Assembly: GCF_029504745.1 (NCBI RefSeq)
Contig: NZ_JAQFIQ010000027.1
Coordinates: 1 to 32,000 of the forward strand
Origin: Breznakia sp. PF5-3
GTDB taxonomy: Bacteria > Bacillota_I > Bacilli_A > Erysipelotrichales > Erysipelotrichaceae
Length of the DNA: 32,000 nucleotides
Reading direction: 5' to 3'
Part shown: in pieces, positions 26,626 through 32,000 of the stretch
How positions within the stretch are numbered: the stretch's first letter is position 1
Layout of the letters: each line of letters begins with the position of its first letter
Program-made: the position numbers and the translations under genes
Notes under the pieces: generated by a model
The model's database searches: none
What the model saw: the letters and a program-made list of their open reading frames with translations, nothing else
What the model was told of the DNA's origin: nothing

Positions 26626-27966
26626 ATGAAAAAAATAAGAAAAATAAAAATATTCTTTCTAATTGCAATAATGTTATTTGGAACCATTTTGGCGAGTAGC
26701 ATTTTTCGTGCATCCATAAGTGCAGATGATGAAACTAAAGTACATGTAAATGTCTATAGTAATTTATATTATAATAACAATGGTAATTATGAGGATATTC
26801 CAGTAGAAGGATTACCTTATGAAGCAGATGTAGTATTAGAAATACATGCTTCTACAAAGAAAGAATATGAAACGGTAATTGATTATAAAGATAAAGTAGG
26901 AACAGTAGTATATTCATATTATGATGGAGTGTTAAAAATTGATGATCGCAATGCTACACAAGAAGAATATGAAGCATTTATTGGCAATGGGATGTCAGAT
27001 GTACTTTCAAGTAAGGAAAGAATATATACTTTACATTTGAAATCAACAGGTGAAGATGAAGGGTTGATAACTTGTGGTATTAATTTTCTTTTTAGACATC
27101 CAAGTGGAACAATTAAATATTTGTATACATTGAAGCATAAAGGTTTATTTCATGGCGAAACATATGCTGTAAATTTTTATGATTATGATGGTTCTGTAAT
27201 AAAAAGTGAACGTGTAAAACCAGGAACAGCTGTAGAAGTTCCAACGGTTAAAAGAGAAGGATATAATTTTCTTGGTTTCAATACGCTTGAAAATGGAACA
27301 GGTGAATATTATAAAGGTCAAGAAATAGTTGAAGATATGTCATTTTATGCTATTTATGAAAAAAAGATATATCGGGTAAATTATTATGTGGATGATGAAT
27401 TATATACAACACGAGAAGTTGCTCATGGTGAAGATGCAGAAAATATTAAATTAAAAGACACAGCGAGTCGTAAATTTGTTGGATGGGACAAGAGCTTAAA
27501 TAATGTTACTAGTGATTATGATGTACATGCAGTATTTAAAACAATTAAACCTATACCAAGTCCGCCAAAAGATGCAGAAAAACCAAGTACAGATACTTCT
27601 ATAAAAGAAAAGGAAGTTATTGCGAAGCCAAGTGAGGCAGTAACCCCAAAAGCAGAAATAGAACAAAAAGAACCATCAAAAAAAGATGAAAAAAAGGCAG
27701 CGAAAGTAAAAGCTAAAATTAAAAAAACAAGTTCTATTGAAGGAAATGATACATTAGAAGCAGATAATAAAGCAGCTATAATAAATAATGATGATAATGC
27801 AGAGGTGATTGATTCAGAAGAGAAAGTATCAGCTTCTGTGGCAAGCAAAGAGGTGGGTTCATCAAAGGATGACACATTAATGAAACTATTGCCGTTTGCT
27901 GTTTCAACATTAAGCATGTTGGTATTGTTATTATTGACGGTAAAAAGTAAGATTTTTAAAAGATAA
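26626..27966 (+). CDS. secreted or cell-surface protein with Listeria-Bacteroides (InlB B / Flg_new) repeats and a C-terminal hydrophobic anchor
   Basis: Signal peptide MKKIRKIKIFFLIAIMLFGTILASS. Two repeats of the YxVxF...G...GYxFxGW...Y type (YAVNFYDYDGS...REGYNFLGF...FYAIYE and YRVNYYVDDE...RKFVGWD...VHAVFK). A Pro/Lys/Glu-rich spacer follows. The terminal LLPFAVSTLSMLVLLLLTV is followed by KSKIFKR. GGAG lies before the ATG at 26626. It starts 17 nt after the sigma-fusion stop. Confidence 0.8.
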   Translation: MKKIRKIKIFFLIAIMLFGTILASSIFRASISADDETKVHVNVYSNLYYNNNGNYEDIPVEGLPYEADVVLEIHASTKKEYETVIDYKDKVGTVVYSYYDGVLKIDDRNATQEEYEAFIGNGMSDVLSSKERIYTLHLKSTGEDEGLITCGINFLFRHPSGTIKYLYTLKHKGLFHGETYAVNFYDYDGSVIKSERVKPGTAVEVPTVKREGYNFLGFNTLENGTGEYYKGQEIVEDMSFYAIYEKKIYRVNYYVDDELYTTREVAHGEDAENIKLKDTASRKFVGWDKSLNNVTSDYDVHAVFKTIKPIPSPPKDAEKPSTDTSIKEKEVIAKPSEAVTPKAEIEQKEPSKKDEKKAAKVKAKIKKTSSIEGNDTLEADNKAAIINNDDNAEVIDSEEKVSASVASKEVGSSKDDTLMKLLPFAVSTLSMLVLLLLTVKSKIFKR

Positions 27967-27988
27967 GTAAAAAAACTTATCTTTTTTT
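27961..27988 (+). terminator. rho-independent terminator after the surface-protein gene
   Basis: Stem AGATAAGT (27961-27968) / ACTTATCT (27975-27982) with an A6 loop, then a T7 run. It overlaps the stop codon. Confidence 0.7.
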
Positions 27989-27997
27989 AAAAATAAA

Positions 27998-28026
27998 TGA
28001 ACGAAATGCTATTTTTACTTGTCTAA
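27998..28026 (+). promoter_or_regulatory. ECF-type promoter motif, copy 3 (TGAAC-N17-TGTCTAA), with no adjacent gene
   Basis: TGAAC at 27998-28002 and GTCTAA at 28021-28026, with identical spacing. The next credible CDS starts about 400 nt downstream, beyond a terminator. Confidence 0.6.
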
Positions 28027-28320
28027 ATAATGAGGTGGATAGAGAAGCTAGATGTATAAGAAACTTGATGCAATGAAAGAAGTAATAAATTTATGACCTA
28101 ATATATTATGACCAAATATACTATACAACTTCTGGAGGGGCGTTATATATCGTAGATAAATAACTTGTATTATAATAATCAAAATTTTTAGACATTACAC
28201 TCACATAATTGTTCATCGGAGGGGGATGAACCTAAGCGTATGGGAAGATAGGATTTTAGATAATAATTGAAATCTTATACATCTACAAGCATTGTTTAAG
28301 GCAGATTATTGAATTGAAAA

Positions 28321-28356
28321 GGAAAAGGTTCGTTTAACGAACTTTTTCCTTTTTAT
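28321..28356 (+). terminator. strong rho-independent terminator inside the copy-3 promoter to sigma-2 interval
   Basis: 12-bp stem GGAAAAGGTTCG / CGAACTTTTTCC (one G-U pair), loop TTTAA, followed by TTTTTAT. Confidence 0.75.
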
Positions 28357-28370
28357 GCGAGGTGTTTTAA

Positions 28371-28399
28371 TTGTATTTTTATAGCGAGTGTGGTATTAC
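28371..28399 (+). promoter_or_regulatory. candidate sigma-A promoter proximal to the second sigma-fusion gene
   Basis: TTGTAT (28371-28376), 17-nt spacer ending in TGg, TATTAC (28394-28399). It lies 25 nt upstream of the ATG at 28425. Confidence 0.35.
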
Positions 28400-28424
28400 T
28401 ATTGTGGGGAAAGCAAGGAGTAGT

Positions 28425-29702
28425 ATGAAGAGGCGGCAGATTGATACAAAGTATATAAAGCAGCTTAAGGAAGGCGATGAGTCTGCTTTTAACAAGGTTT
28501 TTGATTTTTACAAGGATTCAATCTATTTTTTCGCATTGTCATATGTGAAAAATAGAGCGGATGCAGAGGAAGTAGTTCAAGAAGTATTTATTCAAGTATT
28601 AAAAAGTATACATACACTAAAGAAGCTTGATTCTTTTGGATCGTGGTTGCATAAAATTGCTTATTATATGGCGATTAGTATTCAGCGCTCAAAAGGAAAT
28701 CAACATATCCAATTAAATGAAGAATACGATATAGAGAATATGGTAGTGGAGAAAGAAGGACCAGACAAGATGTTATCGAAGAATGAAATGGTGGAAAGGG
28801 TGCGTGAGGAGATCGAGAAGATGCCCCCCAAACTGACTAGGATAGCACAATTACGGTATTTTGAGGATTATTCAACAAGAGAAATTGCAGAAATTGTTGA
28901 TATTCCAGAAGGAACGGTAAAATCAAGATTAAATAAAATAAGAAGAATGATGAAGCCGATTTTAGAGACAAATGGAATATCACCAAGCAAATATTTCTCA
29001 TTTGCACTTACACCACTTATTGTGGAGGCAATGCAGTTGATAATGAATAAAAATAGTATGCCACAGGATGTAGGGGTTGGAATAAAATCACATGTATTAG
29101 CTAATGCTGGAAGCATATGGCAAGAGTTAGCGAGCAATGAAAGTGTTCGTCAGGGGTTATCAAATATGACCAAAGCAGGATTAGCTTTAGCTACAGGTGG
29201 AGCTGGACTAATAGGACTCAATGTTTTAAATGAACAACAAGGGATGCATATTGAAAAGGTGAATATACCAACTGAAATTTCTAAATATCCAATTGATGTG
29301 GAAATCCAAGTAGATAAAAACATTAATGATGAACATGTGGAAGTTGCCCATGAAAATGAAAACATCCACTTTGATGTGGAGAATGATAGACTCATTTTTG
29401 AAGCCAAAGAAGATGGTGATTATACAATTCAAGTAGATAATGATAAAATGATTATTCATGTAGAGAATGATGGAAGGAAACCACCTATATTTGTAGAAGT
29501 AGAACAAACAGAAGGTGGAATTCAATTGAATGTAGTAAAAGGCGAACGAATTTTGAATTATGATGATTCTTATATTATCTATCAAGGAGAGCAATATTCT
29601 TTTGATGAGCATGGTTTTATAGAAGGTGAGTTTGAAGGCGATATTCAGATTTATATTGTTGAAGAGGATGGACCAACAACCCAAATTCACCAACAAATTT
29701 AA
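28425..29702 (+). CDS. second ECF-type sigma factor fused to a predicted membrane span and a beta-rich C-terminal domain (paralogue of 25292..26608)
   Basis: AAGGAG at 28415-28420 precedes the ATG at 28425. Region 2 (FNKVFDFYKDSIYFFALSYVKNRADAEEVVQEVF...WLHKIAYY). Region 4 (LRYFEDYSTREIAEIVDIPEGTVKSRLNKIRR). The conserved KYFSFALTPLIV, the hydrophobic AGLALATGGAGLIGLNVL, and then a beta-rich acidic C-terminal domain alignable with the paralogue. Confidence 0.85.
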   Translation: MKRRQIDTKYIKQLKEGDESAFNKVFDFYKDSIYFFALSYVKNRADAEEVVQEVFIQVLKSIHTLKKLDSFGSWLHKIAYYMAISIQRSKGNQHIQLNEEYDIENMVVEKEGPDKMLSKNEMVERVREEIEKMPPKLTRIAQLRYFEDYSTREIAEIVDIPEGTVKSRLNKIRRMMKPILETNGISPSKYFSFALTPLIVEAMQLIMNKNSMPQDVGVGIKSHVLANAGSIWQELASNESVRQGLSNMTKAGLALATGGAGLIGLNVLNEQQGMHIEKVNIPTEISKYPIDVEIQVDKNINDEHVEVAHENENIHFDVENDRLIFEAKEDGDYTIQVDNDKMIIHVENDGRKPPIFVEVEQTEGGIQLNVVKGERILNYDDSYIIYQGEQYSFDEHGFIEGEFEGDIQIYIVEEDGPTTQIHQQI

Positions 29703-29714
29703 TATTAAAAAAAG

Positions 29715-29740
29715 GCAATTACTAGATGGTAATTGCTTTT
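29715..29740. terminator. bidirectional terminator between convergent sigma-fusion 2 and rarA
   Basis: 8-bp stem GCAATTAC (29715-29722) / GTAATTGC (29729-29736), flanked by an A-run upstream and a T-run downstream. Confidence 0.7.
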
Positions 29741-31004
29741 AACGTTTTTTTAGATTTGCCAATTTTGAGGTTCTTTGTTTCTGTTTTAATTTTTTCCAAT
29801 TAGAGGCCAATGCTTTTTCATATTGGCTATTTTCATTTGGGTGATAGAAAGATTCATTCTTTAGCTCATCAGGCAAATATTGTATTTGATCTACTAGATC
29901 TAGTCGTGAATAATCATATTTATCCTCTTCCTTCATGCCTACAGGAGTAAGACGTAAATAAGATGGAACAGGATATGCATGATTTTTGATATGTGGCTTC
30001 ACATTATCAATAGCATTGATTGCAGATTTACTCTTTGGTGACAAGCAAAGATCAATGATTGTATGAGCCAATGGGATGCGACCTTCAGGAAATCCAACTC
30101 GTTTGGATGCATCAATTGCCTGAATGCATCGACTTACAGCAGCTGGATTGGCGAGACCAATATCTTCATAAGCGGTTACGAGAAGCCTTCGTTCAATAGA
30201 TTCTAAATCGCCAATTTCAATAAGAATTGCTAAATAGTATAGTGCTGCATCCACATCACTTCCACGAATAGATTTTTGAAAAGCACTCAGCAAATCATAA
30301 TGATAATCTCCATCACTATCAGAACTGATGTTAGGAATAAAGGCATACTTCTCTACTAGCTCTTCATCAATATCATTGCTAGCAACACTACAGATTTCTA
30401 AAATATTCAAAGCATAACGAATATCTCCATTGCTTTGGGTTGCAATAAGCGCTAATGCTTTATCAGATATCTTTACTTTATCATTTAATCCATCCGGGCT
30501 TTTTACAGCTCGTTTTAATGCTTCAACAATATCCTCTTTTTGTAACGCTTTGATTTCAAAAAGATGGGTACGACTACGAATTGCTGGATTGATTGAAAAT
30601 AAAGGGTTTGCCGTTGTAGCACCAATCATGATAATACTACCATTTTCAATATGTGGTAATAAAAGATCTTGTTTATCTTTATTTAAGCGGTGAACTTCAT
30701 CAATGATGACAATCATCCCAGGGAAGAATTTTGCTTCTTCAAAGATGATATCCAATTCTTTTTTATTTCCAGTTACAGCATTAAACAATCGATATTTTAT
30801 ATCCAATTCATTTGCTAAAACCATTGCTAGAGTAGTTTTACCAGTTCCTGGAGGTCCATAAAAAATCATTGAAAACAATTGTTTTTCTTCTAAACAGCGA
30901 GTAATTATTTTGTTTTCTCCAATTAGATGTTTTTGCCCGATGATATCCTCTATTTTTTGAGGACGCATTCGAAACGCTAAAGGTTTTTTTATCGTATTTT
31001 CCAT
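29739..31004 (-). CDS. rarA: replication-associated recombination protein A (AAA+ ATPase)
   Basis: Walker A GPPGTGKTT, Walker B VIIDEVHRLNK, sensor region SRTHLF, and the MgsA C-terminal domain (HYDLLSAFQKSIRGSD). Confidence 0.93.
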   Translation of the reverse strand: MENTIKKPLAFRMRPQKIEDIIGQKHLIGENKIITRCLEEKQLFSMIFYGPPGTGKTTLAMVLANELDIKYRLFNAVTGNKKELDIIFEEAKFFPGMIVIIDEVHRLNKDKQDLLLPHIENGSIIMIGATTANPLFSINPAIRSRTHLFEIKALQKEDIVEALKRAVKSPDGLNDKVKISDKALALIATQSNGDIRYALNILEICSVASNDIDEELVEKYAFIPNISSDSDGDYHYDLLSAFQKSIRGSDVDAALYYLAILIEIGDLESIERRLLVTAYEDIGLANPAAVSRCIQAIDASKRVGFPEGRIPLAHTIIDLCLSPKSKSAINAIDNVKPHIKNHAYPVPSYLRLTPVGMKEEDKYDYSRLDLVDQIQYLPDELKNESFYHPNENSQYEKALASNWKKLKQKQRTSKLANLKKR

Positions 31005-31024
31005 ATATCTATTTTATCATACTA

Positions 31025-31585
31025 TTACAAAAATAAATGCTCAATTAAGATTTTGATACCTAAAAAGACAAGAATGGAGCCACCGAATATTTCAGCATAT
31101 TTTTGAAAGATAGTACCTAATTGTTTACCCATAAATACACAAAATAAACTTAATATAAATGTAACGATACCAATAATGGAACTTGCATAGATAATATTAA
31201 CATTTAAAAAAGCAAAACTAACACCTACTGCAAGTGCATCAATACTAGTAGCAATACCTAAGACGATGATATCTTTAAAGGTAAGTGATGTATCACATTT
31301 TTCTTCTTTCATTGTCAATGATTCCTTAATCATTTTAATACCTATAATAAATAATAAAATAAAGGCAATCCAGTGATCTATACTTTGGATATATGAGGTG
31401 AACTTTGTTCCACATAGATATCCAATAATTGGCATAAGTGCTTGGGAAAACCCAAATGTAAAAGCAAGAATAAAGGCGTATTTTTTTGTTTCTTCTTTTT
31501 TAAAACACATTCCTTTAGCAATGGATACAGCGGATGCGTCCATAGCTAAACCAACGCCGGTTAAAATAATTGTAATAATATCCAT
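31025..31585 (-). CDS. mntP: manganese efflux pump MntP
   Basis: 186 aa, 6 TM segments, duplicated DUF204 motifs AMDASAVSIAKG and SIDALAVGVSFA. It is preceded by a yybP-ykoY riboswitch. Confidence 0.9.
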   Translation of the reverse strand: MDIITIILTGVGLAMDASAVSIAKGMCFKKEETKKYAFILAFTFGFSQALMPIIGYLCGTKFTSYIQSIDHWIAFILLFIIGIKMIKESLTMKEEKCDTSLTFKDIIVLGIATSIDALAVGVSFAFLNVNIIYASSIIGIVTFILSLFCVFMGKQLGTIFQKYAEIFGGSILVFLGIKILIEHLFL

Positions 31586-31603
31586 AATAATGTCTCCTTT
31601 TAA

Positions 31604-31740
31604 GAAAAAAAGACTTATACGAAAAAATCGTATAAGTCTCGTTTTTTACAATAAGCCAGATCTGAAAAGATCAATATGTTGACTTAAACACTTGTCGAAA
31701 GACAAGATAACTACTCCCTTATGACTATGCTATTATATCA
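31604..31740 (-). promoter_or_regulatory. yybP-ykoY (Mn2+) riboswitch with extended -10 promoter and terminator
   Basis: The minus strand reads TGATATAAT (plus 31732-31740), then AAGGGAGTAG...GTCAACATA...ACGAGAC, the conserved blocks of the class. These are followed by the terminator AGACTTATACG / CGTATAAGTCT (plus 31611-31639) and a U-run, then the RBS AAAGGAGAC of mntP. Confidence 0.8.
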
Positions 31741-31810
31741 ATATTTAAAAGAAGATTCAATGAAAAGTTTCTTTCCAACATTTATGGTATAGTAAAGGCA
31801 GGTGATAAAA

Positions 31811-32000
31811 ATGAAACAAATTCGTTATGGTATTCTTAGTGCAGCAACGATTGCACCAAGATTTATGAAAGGTGTAGAACTTAGTAAATATGGTGTGTTA
31901 GAAGCAGTAGCTTCTAGAGATTATAAAAGAGCGGAAGAGTTAGCAAATCGTTTTCATATTAAAAAAATATATGCTGATTATGATGCATTGTTTATGGATG
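31811..32000 (+). CDS. Gfo/Idh/MocA family oxidoreductase, N-terminal part (runs off the window)
   Basis: AGGCAGGTG RBS and ATG at 31811. Rossmann N-terminus MKQIRYGILSAATIAPRF...ASRDYKRAEELA. The frame is open to the window end. Confidence 0.7.
   Translation, partial: MKQIRYGILSAATIAPRFMKGVELSKYGVLEAVASRDYKRAEELANRFHIKKIYADYDALFMD

Noticed and set aside
27880-27966. Possible LPXTG sortase signal at the C-terminus of the surface protein
   Set aside because: The layout (spacer, hydrophobic helix, basic tail) fits, but the sequence before the helix is LLPFAVS. No LPXTG, SPKTG, PPKTG or NPQTN-type motif is present.
28030-28320. Tiny ORFs in the orphan-promoter interval (9, 14, 15 and 14 codons on plus; 31 codons on minus from 28216)
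   Set aside because: RBSs are absent, abutting or mis-spaced. The peptides are not shared with the equivalent positions after promoter copies 1 and 2. They are kept only as a possibility under the non-coding transcript finding.
25816-29696. Minus-strand ORFs inside the sigma island (25816..26070, 26164..26523, 26520..26717, 27516..27917, 28868..29137, 29150..29407, 29226..29696)
   Set aside because: All are antisense to plus-strand genes that carry clear sigma-70, signal-peptide or repeat signatures. I checked them specifically as candidate hidden anti-sigma genes, but none has an RBS, a TM-plus-anti-sigma layout or a zf-HC2 motif.
1-32000. Mobile elements, prophage, CRISPR arrays, rRNA/tRNA genes and defence systems
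   Set aside because: I saw no transposase, integrase or Cas-like ORFs, no long terminal inverted repeats, no repeat-spacer arrays and no tRNA-like cloverleaf regions. All long ORFs are accounted for by housekeeping, transport, signalling or the sigma island.

Overview
AT-rich chromosomal segment of a low-GC Bacillota. The gene orders tmk-holB-ricT-rsmI and rnmV-rsmA-ispE are typical of Firmicutes; a finer placement such as Erysipelotrichia-like would only be inference. Most of the window is tightly packed housekeeping and ion-homeostasis DNA. It holds an lctP-GNAT operon, a SEDS (FtsW/RodA) gene overlapping a GNAT gene, and an M-box (Mg2+) riboswitch in front of an mgtA-type P-type ATPase. 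It also holds a complete Pho module (phoP-phoR, four 11-bp-phased Pho-box-like hexamers, pstSCAB-phoU), a second OmpR/HK pair with a lipoprotein, aroD, rarA, and a yybP-ykoY (Mn2+) riboswitch in front of mntP. I see no rRNA, tRNA, CRISPR, transposase or integrase. The one clearly accessory region is about 24.4-29.7 kb, between aroD and rarA. It contains two full-length paralogous ECF-type sigma factors, each fused in one polypeptide to a Gly/Ala-rich predicted membrane span and a beta-rich C-terminal domain. It also contains a third truncated paralogue that keeps only sigma region 4, and a co-oriented surface protein with Listeria-Bacteroides repeats. Three copies of an identically spaced ECF-like promoter motif (TGAAC-N17-TGTCTAA) are present. 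One copy drives no recognisable gene, only about 300 nt of non-coding sequence ending in a strong terminator. I regard this duplicated, apparently autoregulated, membrane-tethered sigma cassette as the most interesting candidate system. All functional calls come from motif recognition in the supplied translations and hand inspection of the DNA; no searches were run.
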